Counted from the stretch's first letter, positions 47,667 through 58,969 are shown. The stretch: DNA of 64,000 nt from Polyangiales bacterium (GCA_044229975.1 JBGARZ010000005.1:32001-96000), one strand, 5' to 3'. The notes: generated by a model from the letters alone, not told the origin. Numbers and translations are program-made.

Positions 47667-48704
47667 CTACGGGGTCGGCGCGGGCGTCACGACGGGTGTC
47701 GCCGGAGGCGGTGGCGTGGGGCCCGACCACTCTCGCGCGCGAGCGGTGCTGAGCTCGTTCTCACGATCGCTCACCATCCACTCGACCTCCGACTGAACGT
47801 CCTGATCGGTGGGCGGCCAGTGCCCGTACCGCGGCGCTTCACCGGGCCCCGAGTAGTCCGTCCAGAAGGCTCCGCCCTCCTGCGCGTCGCGCGTGTCGAG
47901 GTGCACGAACACGCTGTTGGGGTAGTACCCGACGCCCGCGTCGGGGAGCGTTCGCGCGTAGTCCCGCACGTCCTCGTGGCGCACGCCGCGCAGTCGCAGA
48001 TCGAGGGCGCGCGCGTGGGCGTGGCGGCTGTGCCCCTCGCCCGGTCGGTAGCCCGACACGATCTCCGCGGTGCGCCCCGGGAAGCGATCGAAGAGCCCCT
48101 GCATCAGTTGGATGACCCGCGGGTGCAGCACGCGCGCGTTGCGGGTGAGCATGATGACCGGGTCGTGCGTGAGGCGGTCGCGCTCGATGGTGGGAGCGGG
48201 CGTTCGTGCGCGGACGCGGGTGCGCGGTCGGGGCGCGGCGTCGTCGGCGAGCGCGAGGCCCGCGGCGGGAGCAACGCGTCGGAGGTCGCGCATGGCGGCC
48301 TCGACATCGAACTCGGTGAAGCGACCGGGCTGCGCGAGGAGCGAGACCGCGGCGAGGGCGGCGAGCGTGGGGCGACCGGTGCAGTCGGTGAGCGAGCCCG
48401 TCCAGGTGGGCATCTCGCCGTTGCGGAGGCGGCGCACAGTGACCACCGGGCGCAGGCACAGGCGGGCGTTGCGCGCGTCGCGGGCGACGGTCTCGGCGGG
48501 GGTGGCCGGGGCGCTGCGTCGCGCGCGAATCTCCACGCGGGGGACGATGACCTCATCGATGGCGCTCTGCGTGGCGGCGAGCGCGAGGCGGCCCGGCGGG
48601 CTCGGTCGCGCGGGCGCCGTCGCGGGTCGCGGCTGGGCGCCGACCACGGCGGGAGCGCAGAGCCCGAGGGCCACGAGCGCGCATCGGAGGATGTGGCGGT
48701 GCAT
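47667..48704 (-). CDS. DUF882/YcbK (peptidase M15) secreted protein
   Basis: LHPR, IVSGYR, SRHAHARALDL, GVGYYPNSVFVHLDTR. Confidence 0.88.
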   Translation of the reverse strand: MHRHILRCALVALGLCAPAVVGAQPRPATAPARPSPPGRLALAATQSAIDEVIVPRVEIRARRSAPATPAETVARDARNARLCLRPVVTVRRLRNGEMPTWTGSLTDCTGRPTLAALAAVSLLAQPGRFTEFDVEAAMRDLRRVAPAAGLALADDAAPRPRTRVRARTPAPTIERDRLTHDPVIMLTRNARVLHPRVIQLMQGLFDRFPGRTAEIVSGYRPGEGHSRHAHARALDLRLRGVRHEDVRDYARTLPDAGVGYYPNSVFVHLDTRDAQEGGAFWTDYSGPGEAPRYGHWPPTDQDVQSEVEWMVSDRENELSTARAREWSGPTPPPPATPVVTPAPTP

Positions 48705-48809
48705 GGCCCGACCGGTGGCAGATAACGCCGACCGCGGGCAACTAACTGACGATGGGAGGGTAGAGAGGCGGAGGAGGGAGCGAGCGGAGGGGAGAGGCGA
48801 GGCGAGCGA

Positions 48810-49151
48810 TCAGTGACCGCCGACCTTGCCCTGGAGGAAGTACGCGATGAGGAGGGCGTACAGCACCAGCGACTCGATGAGCGCGAGGCCGAGAATCATC
48901 GGGGTGCGGATCTTGGCGTCGGCGCCGGGGTTGCGGGCGATGCCTTCGAGGGCGGCCGCGGCGACCTTGCCCTGACCGAGCGCGCCGCCGAGGGCGCCGA
49001 GGCCGATGGCGATGCCGGCGCCGAGCGCGGCGGCCATCTGGGCGTCGAAGGTGTTGGCGCCGGGGGCGGCGGCGGCGCCGTCCTGGGCGAAGGCGGCGAG
49101 GGTGTAGAAGGTGACGAGCAGGGCGCTCGTGAGGGCGGTGATCTTCTTCAT
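48810..49151 (-). CDS. atpE: F0F1 ATP synthase subunit c
   Basis: [30 protein letters not shown]-terminal signal-like extension; RBS aaggag. Confidence 0.95.
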   Translation of the reverse strand: MKKITALTSALLVTFYTLAAFAQDGAAAAPGANTFDAQMAAALGAGIAIGLGALGGALGQGKVAAAALEGIARNPGADAKIRTPMILGLALIESLVLYALLIAYFLQGKVGGH

Positions 49152-49227
49152 GTGACGGTCTCCTTCGGTTCGAACAGTTGGTGCCCCAACAGCGGGGCGG
49201 TGGAACAGTCTTGGTGGGGCGCCGACC

Positions 49228-50130
49228 TCAGTGGCCGTGCGCCGTTTCGACGGCGTGCCCATGCGCCGCGTGGGCGTCGCCATGGTCGTCGCTGTGCTCG
49301 ATGGCGAGCTGGAAGTAGATGGTCGAGAGCAGGCAGAACACGTAGGTCTGGAGCACCACCACCAGCACGCCCAGCACCATGATCGGCACCGGCACGAGCA
49401 GGAACGCGAGGCCCGTGAACACCGCCACCACCATGTGGTCGACGAAGAGGTTCACGGCGAGGCGGATGGCGAGCGACACCGGGCGCACGAGGTGCGAGAT
49501 GATCTCCAGCGGGAGCATCAGCGGCGCGAGCGCGGGCATCGGGCCGATGAAGTGCTTGAGGTACGCGGCGCCCTGGTGCTTGAGACCGTAGAAGTGCGTC
49601 GCGAAGAAGATCACCAGGCCACACGCGAGGGTGACGTTGAAGTTGCTGGTGGCCGGCGCGAAGCCCGGGATGAGTCCGAGGGCGTTGGAGAAGAAGATCA
49701 GCAGCGCGCAGGTGCCGATGATCGGGAGGAAGTGACGCGCCTCCTTCTTGCCGAGCACGTCGGCGAGGAGGTCATAGAAGGTCTCGACGAAGTTCTCGGT
49801 GAACGACGCGACCGTGAGGTTGCCCTCGGGCACCACGGCTTCGGAGGTCTTCGCGAGGCGGCCGCGGGTGATCATCACGAAGGCCGCGATGAGCAGCACC
49901 ACGAACAGCAGGATGGTCGTGTACTCCAGCGTGACCGGCGTGTTGGCGGGGTAGCTGAAGTGGTTGGGCAGCTCCTGCGCGGGGGTGCCGCCGGGGCACA
50001 TCCCACCGGCTTCCATCGCGATCTGGGCACCGTTGGCGTCGACGCAACCGTAGTGGTTGAACATCGCCCAAAGCGCCCGGAAGTTCGGGAGCGCCAGGAG
50101 GTACGTGAACCATGACGTGTGGTCGGGCAT
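49228..50130 (-). CDS. atpB: F0F1 ATP synthase subunit a
   Basis: [45 protein letters not shown]. Confidence 0.95.
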   Translation of the reverse strand: MPDHTSWFTYLLALPNFRALWAMFNHYGCVDANGAQIAMEAGGMCPGGTPAQELPNHFSYPANTPVTLEYTTILLFVVLLIAAFVMITRGRLAKTSEAVVPEGNLTVASFTENFVETFYDLLADVLGKKEARHFLPIIGTCALLIFFSNALGLIPGFAPATSNFNVTLACGLVIFFATHFYGLKHQGAAYLKHFIGPMPALAPLMLPLEIISHLVRPVSLAIRLAVNLFVDHMVVAVFTGLAFLLVPVPIMVLGVLVVVLQTYVFCLLSTIYFQLAIEHSDDHGDAHAAHGHAVETAHGH

Positions 50131-50582
50131 CAGCGCTTTCCTTCGTCGGAGTCGGAGGCAATCTCAGGCTTCGGGCTGACGGCGTCCCAGAGCCCGCCAC
50201 CGGCAATGGCCACGACCACCGCGGTGATGCCGGCCATGAAGCTCCCGCCGTGGACCCATGACTGCCGCAGCAGAAGGCCCACACCCACGAACAATGCGGC
50301 GGTCTTCGCCAGGAGCAAGACCATCGCCGTGCCCTTGCCGGCATCGACCCTGGGGTCGAGCAGGCGGGTCACCAGGCGGGCCAGCACCCACAGGTTGAGC
50401 AGGCCCACCACGGTGCCGATGGCCGACGACACGCCGCCCATCACGCCGAACTGCCGCCCCATCAGGTAGACGCTGACCAGGCCCGCGAGCACGGCCACGG
50501 TGCCAACGCGGCGCGCGAGGCCGCTGTCGGACTCGATCGAGTCGACGGACGGAGCGCTGGTCGAGGGGTCGGTGCTGCTCAA
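50130..50582 (-). CDS. ATP synthase subunit I-like membrane protein
   Basis: Four TM segments, VGLLNLWVL, directly upstream of atpB. Confidence 0.7.
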   Translation of the reverse strand: MSSTDPSTSAPSVDSIESDSGLARRVGTVAVLAGLVSVYLMGRQFGVMGGVSSAIGTVVGLLNLWVLARLVTRLLDPRVDAGKGTAMVLLLAKTAALFVGVGLLLRQSWVHGGSFMAGITAVVVAIAGGGLWDAVSPKPEIASDSDEGKR

Positions 50583-50824
50583 GGGGTGCTGGTCGGGGGC
50601 TTCGGGGGAGCGTTTTTCGGGGGCTTGGGGTCGTCGCGGGTCGCGAAGCGGTACATCGATCGGAATCCTGCCGCCGTCCCGATGACGAACCCCACCAGGA
50701 GGAACGTTTCACCGGTGTGGAACTTCGCATCCAGCCAGCGCCCGAGCGCCCCCATCACGACGATGGAGAGGACGAACTCGAGCCCCAGCGAGAGCCCGGC
50801 GACATCACGGAGAGGAAGCTTCAT
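50579..50824 (-). CDS. AtpZ/AtpI family protein
   Basis: LGLEFVLSIVVMGALGRWLDAKFHT...GFVIGTAAGFRSMYR. Confidence 0.85.
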   Translation of the reverse strand: MKLPLRDVAGLSLGLEFVLSIVVMGALGRWLDAKFHTGETFLLVGFVIGTAAGFRSMYRFATRDDPKPPKNAPPKPPTSTP

Positions 50825-50926
50825 GCGATCTCTCTGTGGTGCGGCCGGTGACCCATCAAGGCGTCGACCGATCGGCGCGGCTTCTATCACCGCGCCGTTT
50901 CGCGGGTCAAGCCGTGGAAACGCCCC

Positions 50927-52801
50927 TCAGGGATCGTCGTGTTCGGAGAGCTGGAGCACCCCTGGATGCAGGTGTTCGTAGGCCGCCTGCGCCCGCCTCG
51001 GGCCGACGCCCGTCACCGACGTCAGCTCGGCCAGCGTCGCCTCGGCCACCCCCGCCACGCTCCCAAACTTCCGCAGCAATGCCTTGGCCGCCATCGGCCC
51101 GAGACCCGGCAGCCCGTCGAGCTCGCTCCGCAGGCGCTTCTTGTGGTGCAGCGCCTCGCGCGTGCGGTTCGCAAACCGGTGCGCCTCGTCCCGCGCCCTC
51201 GCCAGCGGAACCAACGCCGGCCCGTTGTCCCGGATGGTCACCGGGTTCTTGCGGCCGGGCTGATAGACGCGGTCGACGACCTTCTCGCCGAGGACGTTCT
51301 CTCGCTCCTTGGCGAGCGAGCACACCGCGAGGTCGGTGACGCCGAGCTCCTTCAGCACCGTCATGGCGATGCCGAGCTGACCGCGTCCGCCGTCGACCAC
51401 GAAGAGGTCGGGCAGCTCCCAGCCCTTCTCGTGGTTCTTGCCGCGACGGAAGCGCCGCGAGAGCACCTCGTACATGGCCTTGTAATCGTCGCCGGTGTTC
51501 TCGGTGCGGACGTGGAAGCCCTTGTACCCGCGCTTGTAGGGAATGCCGTCGACGAGGCACACCACCGCGCCGACGGTCTCGGCCCCCGCATGGTGCGAGA
51601 TGTCCACGCACTCGATGGTGCGCGGCGGCTCTTCCAAACCCAACGCGCGGGCCAGCGCCTCGGCCTGCCCCCCGGCGCTCGCGACGGCCATGCGCTTCTC
51701 GCGGAAGGCGTGGCGGGCGTTTTCCATCGCCATGGAGAGCAGTGGTGCACCGCTCCCGTCGGTGGGCTTCACGATGATCTTCACGGGTTTGCCGCGCTGC
51801 TCGGAGAGCACCTCGGCGATGCCGTCGCAGCCTTCGGGTTCGAGCGGCAGCACCACCTCGTCGGGGATGGTCGCTCCGTCGCCCGCGTAGCGCCCGGTGA
51901 GCACCTGCGAGACGAGCTCGTCGTCCGGGAGCTCCGACCGCGCGAACACCATCGACTGCGTGTCGCGCACGAAGCCGCTGCGCACGATGAGCAGCGTGAT
52001 GACCACGCCGTCGCCCTCGCGGTAGAGGCCGAACACGTCGCGATCGAGGTCGCTCACCTCGGCCACGCGCTGCGCCTCGGTCACCTGCGCGACGGCGGTG
52101 ATCTGATCGCGCAGCCTCGCCGCGCGCTCGAACTCCATCGCATTCGACGCCGCGCGCATCTCCTCTTCGAGCGACCCCACGAGCTCGCGGGTGCGACCCC
52201 CGAGGAACATCTCCACGTAGTCCACCTGCGCCGCGTACTCCTCCGGCGGAACGGGCAACACGCACGGCCCCGAGCAGCGCTTGATCTGGTGTTCGAGGCA
52301 CGGCCGCGTGCGCTGCGCGAACTCGTCGTCGTCGCAGGTGCGGAGCTGGAAGTGGCGGTTGATGGTCTTGAGCGTGCGCCGCGCCTCGGTGGAGCTCGGG
52401 TACGGCCCGAAGTACGCGGCGCCGTCGGCCTTCGGGCGACGAACGACCTCCAACCGGGGCCACGCGACGCGCTTGTCGAGGCGCACCGAGAGGTAGTCTT
52501 TGTCGTCGCGGAGCCGGACGTTGTACTTCGGGCGGTGCTGCTTGATGAGGGAGTTTTCGAGCAGCACGGCCTCCTTCTCGGAGGCGGTGACGACGGTCTC
52601 GATGTCGCCGAGCACGCGGTCGAGCAGCGGGATGAAGTACCGGTAGTCCGAGCTGTTGGGCTGGAAGTACTGCCGCACGCGCTGCCGCAGCGAGCGCGCC
52701 TTGCCGACGTAGACCACCACCCCCTTCTTGTTCTTGAAGAGGTAGCAGCCGGGGGACGTGGGCAGCGTGTCGAGCCGGGCCCGGAGCTCTTCTTCTTGCA
52801 T
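50927..52801 (-). CDS. uvrC: excinuclease ABC subunit C
   Basis: LPTSPGCYLF, YVGKA, PKYNVRLRDDK, IECVDISH, PDLFVVDGGRGQL, RDEAHRFA, HhH C-terminus. Confidence 0.97.
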   Translation of the reverse strand: MQEEELRARLDTLPTSPGCYLFKNKKGVVVYVGKARSLRQRVRQYFQPNSSDYRYFIPLLDRVLGDIETVVTASEKEAVLLENSLIKQHRPKYNVRLRDDKDYLSVRLDKRVAWPRLEVVRRPKADGAAYFGPYPSSTEARRTLKTINRHFQLRTCDDDEFAQRTRPCLEHQIKRCSGPCVLPVPPEEYAAQVDYVEMFLGGRTRELVGSLEEEMRAASNAMEFERAARLRDQITAVAQVTEAQRVAEVSDLDRDVFGLYREGDGVVITLLIVRSGFVRDTQSMVFARSELPDDELVSQVLTGRYAGDGATIPDEVVLPLEPEGCDGIAEVLSEQRGKPVKIIVKPTDGSGAPLLSMAMENARHAFREKRMAVASAGGQAEALARALGLEEPPRTIECVDISHHAGAETVGAVVCLVDGIPYKRGYKGFHVRTENTGDDYKAMYEVLSRRFRRGKNHEKGWELPDLFVVDGGRGQLGIAMTVLKELGVTDLAVCSLAKERENVLGEKVVDRVYQPGRKNPVTIRDNGPALVPLARARDEAHRFANRTREALHHKKRLRSELDGLPGLGPMAAKALLRKFGSVAGVAEATLAELTSVTGVGPRRAQAAYEHLHPGVLQLSEHDDP

Positions 52802-52963
52802 TGGAAAGCGGCAGTCTACGGTCGTCCCGCGCATCGGTCGATCGTTCGTGCGTCGGGGTTGAGGTTGTCGCGGGCTCTCTGGCATCCTGCGCGCGGACAA
52901 GCCGGGGAGCAGGGAGTTCGCCCTCCTGTGATCGCGGCCCCCATCACACGAGGTGACCTTCTG

Positions 52964-53956
52964 ATGTCTTCCGCCCGCGCTCCGTCGATCGTGCTCTCCC
53001 TGGGTCTGGTCGCCGCGTGTTCGTCGCGCCCGCCGCCCCGCCCGGTCGTCGTGGCCCGGCCGCCCGACCCGGTCGCCATCTCGCTCGGCGAGGTGCGCGT
53101 CAACCACACGCCGTGGACGGCGCCCACCCCACCGCCCTTCCCCCCGCCGCCGCGTCGCGCGCCCCGTCGCGTGAGCATCCCGATGGACGTCGCGCAGCCC
53201 ATCCTCGCCTCCACCAACGCCCCGGTGCGCGCTTGCTACAAAGCCTTCCTGGCGTTTTCGCCGCAGGCCGGCGGCTCCATCGTCACGCTCATCACCGTCG
53301 GCCCGGGCGGCTCCGTCAGCGACGTCGAGACCGTCGGAACGCCCGACCCCTCGCTCGCCATCATGTCGCAGTGCGTGCTCACCGCCCTGCGCACGCGGCG
53401 CTTCCCGGCGCTCGGCGCGCCGTCACTGATGTCGTTTCCGTTCAGCTTCCGCAGCGGCGAGGTCAACGGCCAGACGCTGCCCGCGCCGACGCTCCCGGAG
53501 CCCCGCCCCGGCGAGATGCAGGTGCCCAACCCCGAGAACGTCACCGTCAACCCGTGGCGCCCCGCGCTCATCCCGGCGAGCAACCCGGTGCCCGTGATGA
53601 CCCGCGAGCTCGTCGACACCGTCATCCCCGACGTGCAGTCGCTCGCCGACACCTGCTACGCCGCCACGCTCGTGATGAACCCCGCCGCCGAAGGCGACTT
53701 CACCCTGCGCGCCGCGGTCGAGCCCTCGGGCAACGTCAACCGCCTCGACATCACGCCCGCGGACTTCCCGTCGCCCATGCGCGACTGCGTGGTGACGCTC
53801 GGTCGGCAGCTCCACTTCCACCCGAGCCTGACCGGCGCCGTGGTCACCATCCCGGTGACCCTCCATCGCGTCGAGCCCGAGGCCCCCGGCACCACCAACG
53901 CCCCGGCCTCACCCGCCACCGCAGGCGGCTCGATCGTCCCCGTCCCCGCCCGCTAA
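52964..53956 (+). CDS. lipoprotein with two AgmX/PglI (TonB-C-like) domains
   Basis: Lipobox VAAC; VRACY...GSV...CV...FP..FPF.F and a second copy TCY...G.V...CV. Confidence 0.7.
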   Translation: MSSARAPSIVLSLGLVAACSSRPPPRPVVVARPPDPVAISLGEVRVNHTPWTAPTPPPFPPPPRRAPRRVSIPMDVAQPILASTNAPVRACYKAFLAFSPQAGGSIVTLITVGPGGSVSDVETVGTPDPSLAIMSQCVLTALRTRRFPALGAPSLMSFPFSFRSGEVNGQTLPAPTLPEPRPGEMQVPNPENVTVNPWRPALIPASNPVPVMTRELVDTVIPDVQSLADTCYAATLVMNPAAEGDFTLRAAVEPSGNVNRLDITPADFPSPMRDCVVTLGRQLHFHPSLTGAVVTIPVTLHRVEPEAPGTTNAPASPATAGGSIVPVPAR

Positions 53957-54621
53957 CCCCGCAACCGTCGGTACGCCGCGATCACCGCGCGCAGCCGCTC
54001 CGCCCGCGACGCATCTCCTGCGTGGCGGTCGGGGTGCAGCGCCATCACCAGCTCCTGGAAGCGCCTTCGCAGGGCCACGGTGCCCGGGTCGCGGTCGAAG
54101 CCCAGCGCCGCGAGATCGCTCACGCGCGCGGGGTCGACGGACGAGTGATCGCGACGTCGCGGCCGGCCGTGGAAGGTCTCCGACGCGAGCAACGGCGCCT
54201 GCTCGGCGGTGCCCTCGGGCAGCGCTCGCGCGGAACGAAAACGCAGCGATGCCGCACCCACGCGGTAGAGGGATTCGAGTCGCGAGAGGCGCTGGGCGTC
54301 GAGCACACGATCGCGGGTCGAGGCGCTCACCACGCGCCGCCAGACGAGCGCCTGCCCGATGCGAAAACCTCGCGCGCGCCCTTCTCCCCACGCACGCTCG
54401 ACGGCGCCTCGATCGGCGACACCCGCGGCCACGGCCACGTCGCCGAAGCGACGCGCATCGGACGGCGACTCGACGGCCTGCACGGCACCACCGCGGAGAT
54501 GAACGTGATGGGTGCGGTCGGACTCGACGACCTCCAGGGTGCCGGTGGCGTTGGCGCGGTGGAGGGCAGCGAGCAGGTCGCCCAGGGTGGTCTCACCGAG
54601 CTGCGAAGGGAGGGTCATCAC
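53953..54621 (-). CDS. DUF4388-like domain protein with C-terminal J domain
   Basis: LGDLLAAL...TGTL N-terminus; RIGQALV; C-terminal LHPDRH...AY. Confidence 0.75.
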   Translation of the reverse strand: MMTLPSQLGETTLGDLLAALHRANATGTLEVVESDRTHHVHLRGGAVQAVESPSDARRFGDVAVAAGVADRGAVERAWGEGRARGFRIGQALVWRRVVSASTRDRVLDAQRLSRLESLYRVGAASLRFRSARALPEGTAEQAPLLASETFHGRPRRRDHSSVDPARVSDLAALGFDRDPGTVALRRRFQELVMALHPDRHAGDASRAERLRAVIAAYRRLRG

Positions 54622-54672
54622 GGCGCGACGAGACGTAGCAGCAGGGCGCGCGGCACCCGAAGTTCGCGGCTG

Positions 54673-55437
54673 CTACGGGCGAAACAGGTCGACCGCAATC
54701 TTGACGACGAGGCAGAGCACCACCGCGAGGACGACCCACCGCACGAAGCGATCGCCGCGCTTCACGGCGAGGCGCGCACCGAAGGCGCCGCCGAGAAACT
54801 GGGCCGCGGCCATGGGGAGCGCCACGCGCCAGCGCACGTCGCCGTGGAGGGTGAAGATGGCGAGGGCCGCGAGGTTGGAGGCGAAGTTGACGACCTTGGC
54901 GTTGGCGCTCGCGCGGGCCATCGGCTCACGCAGCCAGGTCACGTACGACAGGATCACGAAGGTCCCGGTGCCGGGTCCGAAGAGGCCGTCGTACGCGCCG
55001 ATGATGTAGGCGATGAGACCCGCGCGCAGCTTCGGGGAGGCTTCGGGCGGGAGCGATTCGGTGGGCCGCGCGACGTCGCGTCGGAAGGTGAGCACGAGCG
55101 CGACGAGCACCAGCAGCACCAGCACCATCGGACGCAGCAGGTGCCGCGGAACCTTGTGCGCGACGAGCCACGCGCCGCCGAGCGACCCGACGAAAGCGAA
55201 GCCGAAGGAGAGCAGTACACGCGAGCGATCGATGGCACCGAGGCGCCAGAAGTTGATGAGCGCGCTGAGCGAGCCGAAGGTGGACTGACCCTTGTTGGTT
55301 CCGAGGGCGAGCGGCACCGGGAGGCCCGCGGCGAGGAGGGCCGGAAGCGTGATGAGGCCGCCACCGCCGGCGATGGCGTCGACGGTTCCGGCCGCGAAGG
55401 CGGCGGCCACGAGCGCGGCGGTGACCGGGAGGTCCAT
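54673..55437 (-). CDS. TSUP (TauE/SafE) family transporter
   Basis: VDAIAGGGGLITLP, GTNK, YDGLFGPGTG, AKVVNFASN. Confidence 0.92.
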   Translation of the reverse strand: MDLPVTAALVAAAFAAGTVDAIAGGGGLITLPALLAAGLPVPLALGTNKGQSTFGSLSALINFWRLGAIDRSRVLLSFGFAFVGSLGGAWLVAHKVPRHLLRPMVLVLLVLVALVLTFRRDVARPTESLPPEASPKLRAGLIAYIIGAYDGLFGPGTGTFVILSYVTWLREPMARASANAKVVNFASNLAALAIFTLHGDVRWRVALPMAAAQFLGGAFGARLAVKRGDRFVRWVVLAVVLCLVVKIAVDLFRP

Positions 55438-55440
55438 CCG

Positions 55441-56988
55441 CTAGGCGAGCGCGCCGACGGCGGCTTCGACGGCAGCGAGCAGCGAGCCGTCGACGATGGA
55501 TCGATCGGCGAGCGCGAAGTCTGGCGCGAGCGCGCGATCGCCGGAGAGCGTCGCGACCATCGAGCGCAGGTGGGCGTGCGCCGCGGCGACGCCGCGACCG
55601 GCCTTGAGAGGGAGTCGCGCATCGAGGCCCTGGGCGGCGGCGAGCATCTCGATGGCGACGGCCATGCGCGCGTTGCGAACGACCCGCGCCGCCTTGATGG
55701 CCGAGATGGAACCCATGGACACATGGTCTTCTCGGCCCGCCGACGAGGGGATGGAGTCGACGCTGGCGGGGTGGCAGAGCACCTTGTTCTCGCTGACGAG
55801 GGCGGCCGCGGTGACCTGGGCGATCATGAAGCCCGAGTCGAGGCCGGTGTGCGGTGCGAGGAAGGGAGGCAGGCCCGACGAGAGTGCCGGGTTGACGAGC
55901 TGCTCGACGCGGCGCTCGGAGATGTTGGCGAGCTCGGCGCAGGTCATGGCGAGCAGGTCGAGCGCGAAGGCCAGCGGCTGCCCGTGGAAGTTGCCACCGG
56001 AGACCACCTCGGCGCCGCTCTCTCCGACGAACACCAGCGGGTTGTCGGTGACGCTGTTGGCCTCGCGGGCGAGCACCTCGCGCACCCAGCGCATGGCGTC
56101 GCGCGAGGCGCCGTGCACCTGGGGCATGCAGCGCAGGGAGTACGGGTCTTGGACCTTGCCGCAGTCGCGGTGACTCTCGGCGATCTCGCTCTCGATGAGC
56201 AGCGCGCGGAGGTTGCTCGCGGAGGCCAGCGCGCCGGGGTGGGGGCGCACGGCGACGACACGCTCTTCAAAGGGGTGGCCGCTGCCCTTGAGGGCTTCGA
56301 GCGACATGGCCCCGGCGACGTCGGCGCAGCGCGCGAGGGTCTCGGCGTCGTGGAGAGACAGTGCGCCCGAGGCGAGCATGAGCTGCGTGCCGTTGATGAG
56401 GGAGAGGCCCTCCTTGGCTTCGAGCGAGAGCGCCGTGATGCCCGCGCGGGACATCGCCTCGGCGCCAGGCAGGATGGTTCCGTCGAGCTCGGCCTGACCT
56501 TCACCGATGAGCACCGAGGCGAGGTGCGCGAGCGGGGCGAGGTCGCCCGATGCACCGACGCTCCCCTGCGAAGGGATGATCGGATGCACGTTGCGATTGA
56601 GCATCGCGAGCAGGGTGTCGACGACGACCGGCCGAACGCCCGAGTGCCCGAGCGCGAGCACCTGGGCGCGCAGGAGCATCATCGCGCGCGTGACTTCGGC
56701 GGACAGCGGATCGCCGACGCCGCACGAGTGGCTGCGGAGGAGGTTGTGCTGGAGGCTGCGGATGTCTCCGGGCGAGATGCGCGTCTCGGCGAGCGCGCCG
56801 AAGCCGGTGTTGACGCCATAGACACGGGGGGAGTCGTCGCCCCCGGCCGCGATGGCGTCGATGGCGGCCCGCGACGCCGCGACCTTCGCGCGAGCGCCTT
56901 CATCGAAGGTCACCGGTCGGCGCAGGCGCGCCACCGCGACGAGATCTTCCAACGACAGCATCGCCCCGACCCGCACCGGCTCACTCAT
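55441..56988 (-). CDS. hutH: histidine ammonia-lyase
   Basis: [24 protein letters not shown] motif [30 protein letters not shown]. Confidence 0.95.
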   Translation of the reverse strand: MSEPVRVGAMLSLEDLVAVARLRRPVTFDEGARAKVAASRAAIDAIAAGGDDSPRVYGVNTGFGALAETRISPGDIRSLQHNLLRSHSCGVGDPLSAEVTRAMMLLRAQVLALGHSGVRPVVVDTLLAMLNRNVHPIIPSQGSVGASGDLAPLAHLASVLIGEGQAELDGTILPGAEAMSRAGITALSLEAKEGLSLINGTQLMLASGALSLHDAETLARCADVAGAMSLEALKGSGHPFEERVVAVRPHPGALASASNLRALLIESEIAESHRDCGKVQDPYSLRCMPQVHGASRDAMRWVREVLAREANSVTDNPLVFVGESGAEVVSGGNFHGQPLAFALDLLAMTCAELANISERRVEQLVNPALSSGLPPFLAPHTGLDSGFMIAQVTAAALVSENKVLCHPASVDSIPSSAGREDHVSMGSISAIKAARVVRNARMAVAIEMLAAAQGLDARLPLKAGRGVAAAHAHLRSMVATLSGDRALAPDFALADRSIVDGSLLAAVEAAVGALA

Positions 56989-57040
56989 GACGTAGAGGGG
57001 TCTACACCAGATCGTGCACGGCATAGGATCGTCTCGACCC

Positions 57041-57871
57041 ATGACGACGAGGCGGTGGCTGCTGCTGGCGGTGCTCGGAGGTTGCACCGACGCGCTTCCG
57101 TCGAGCTCCACGGTGGATGTCCTGCGCATCCTCGCGATGACGACTGCGACCCCTGAGGTTCGACCTGGCGAGGGGATCACCGTGCGAGCGTTGTGGTTCG
57201 ACCCGGTGGGTGGGCGTTTGGTGCGGTGGCGTTGGCGGTTGTGCGACGCGGGCGTGGCCGACGACCCGCGCGTCTGTGCGCGGGCGACGGGCGCCATCGA
57301 GCTGTCGAGCGGCACGGCCGATCAGGCGGAGATCACGGCGGCGACCTTGGGAACCAGCGACCGAACGTGGGTGGTCTACGCCATCGCGTGCTCTGGGATG
57401 GACGCGACCATCGACCCGCGCGAAGGGCGACTGGTGTGTCCCGAGGGGGTTGGCTCGGAGGCGTTTCGGCGGGTGACCGTTCGGACGACGGGCGAGCTCA
57501 ACCGACCGCCCGCGATCGCACGCTGGACGCTTGGCCACGCGGGTCAGGAGTTCGCGCTGGAGGATGGTGCGACGGTCGCGGTGGGTGGTCTCAGCGCCTG
57601 TGATGGGGATTGTCCGTCGCTCACGTTGACGCTCACTCCGGCGACCGATGCCGCCGAGGCGACGGAGTCACTGCTCGGCTCGGTGTACGTGACCAGCGGG
57701 GCCGTGGCTCCGCCGCGGGCGGTCAACGACCCCGGGCGGGTGGCGCCGATGGTCTTGCGGTGGGTTCCGCAGCGGGTGGTGGTGGGGAGCGAGGTGGCCC
57801 GGGTGTGGGCGGTGCTGCGCGATCAGCGGGGCGGGGAGTCGGCGCGGTCGGTGATCGTCACCGCGCCGTGA
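57041..57871 (+). CDS. hypothetical lipoprotein
   Basis: [15 protein letters not shown] lipobox; LRILA...[14 protein letters not shown]. Confidence 0.75.
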   Translation: MTTRRWLLLAVLGGCTDALPSSSTVDVLRILAMTTATPEVRPGEGITVRALWFDPVGGRLVRWRWRLCDAGVADDPRVCARATGAIELSSGTADQAEITAATLGTSDRTWVVYAIACSGMDATIDPREGRLVCPEGVGSEAFRRVTVRTTGELNRPPAIARWTLGHAGQEFALEDGATVAVGGLSACDGDCPSLTLTLTPATDAAEATESLLGSVYVTSGAVAPPRAVNDPGRVAPMVLRWVPQRVVVGSEVARVWAVLRDQRGGESARSVIVTAP

Positions 57872-57874
57872 GGG

Positions 57875-58888
57875 TCACTGGCAGCGTGCGTTGACGCAGG
57901 TGAGACCCGCGGTGCAGTCCGCCGAGCGCATGCACTGGGGGTTCTGCTCGTTGGAGCTGGTGCAGAGCGAGCGGCCCATCGCGTCGGGCGCGGCGCAGCG
58001 ATCGAACTGCACGTCGACGGTGAGGCAGGCGCCGTCGGTGCCCACGCCCGGCATCGGGCAGAGGCGGCGGCACGCGCCGTTGTTGCAGACCGAGCCGCTG
58101 TTGCACTGCGAGTCCATCGTGCAGAACGGCCGCGGGCGGGTGTCGACGCGGCACACGCCGCCGAGGCACACGTTGCCGCTGCCGCACTGGGCGTCGGCGG
58201 TGCAGGTGGCGAGGCAGGTTCCGCTCACGCAGAGCTGGGCGCTGGTGCAGCGACCGCCGCAGTCGTTGTTGTTGGTGGGATAGGTGCAGCGGCCGCTGGT
58301 GCAGACCTGACCCGCGGCGCAGACCGTCGCGACGTTGGCGGCGGTGCAGCCGGTCACGATGCACTGACCGTCGACGCACGCCTGGCCCGAGCCGGTGCAC
58401 TGGTAGTCGAAGGTGCAGCGGTTGGCGTCGGGCTGGCACGTGCCACCGAGGCAGACCGGGGTCGACCCGCTGCACTGGGCGTTGGTGGTGCAGCCGCCGC
58501 CCGGGACGCAGCGGCGCGAGTTGGTGTCGCAGACGAGGCCCACGGTGACCGCGATGCACTGGGCGTTGGTGCTGCATCCCGGGACGCAGGCGCCACGCGA
58601 GGTCTCGCAGTACTGGCCGGTGGGGCAGCCCGCCGTGCTCGAACAGGTCTGGGTGGCGGTGCAGCGGCCGGTCGCGGTGTCGCAGTAGCCGCCGGGGCAC
58701 ATCGTGCTGCTGGTGCAGGCGCGGGGACCGCTGTCGACGGTGCCGCTGTCGACGCCACCGGCGTCCGTCACGGGGATGGTGGTGTCGGGGCCCATGGCCT
58801 CCTCGCTCCACACCGGGCAGCCGAGCAACCACGCGCCAAACGCGCCGACGATCGAGAAGGATTGAAGAGAGATGAGGTGCTTGCGCAT
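57875..58888 (-). CDS. Cys-rich lipoprotein
   Basis: RBS ggagg; lipobox LLGC; repeated C...QC..G..C..G.C modules. Confidence 0.85.
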   Translation of the reverse strand: MRKHLISLQSFSIVGAFGAWLLGCPVWSEEAMGPDTTIPVTDAGGVDSGTVDSGPRACTSSTMCPGGYCDTATGRCTATQTCSSTAGCPTGQYCETSRGACVPGCSTNAQCIAVTVGLVCDTNSRRCVPGGGCTTNAQCSGSTPVCLGGTCQPDANRCTFDYQCTGSGQACVDGQCIVTGCTAANVATVCAAGQVCTSGRCTYPTNNNDCGGRCTSAQLCVSGTCLATCTADAQCGSGNVCLGGVCRVDTRPRPFCTMDSQCNSGSVCNNGACRRLCPMPGVGTDGACLTVDVQFDRCAAPDAMGRSLCTSSNEQNPQCMRSADCTAGLTCVNARCQ

Positions 58889-58969
58889 GGTGACGCCTCC
58901 AGAAGCGGTAGAGCCCTACCGAGCGATCGGGTCTGTCGTGGTGTTGAGGTGGGGACGATGGTCCGTTTC

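Noticed and set aside
53017..57156. 1379-aa plus-strand ORF and other long Arg/Ala/Gly-rich ORFs (e.g. 15290-18106, 50939-52960, 5925-7943, 168-1418)
   Set aside because: Antisense or off-frame shadows of well-supported genes; expected in very high-GC DNA with few stop codons
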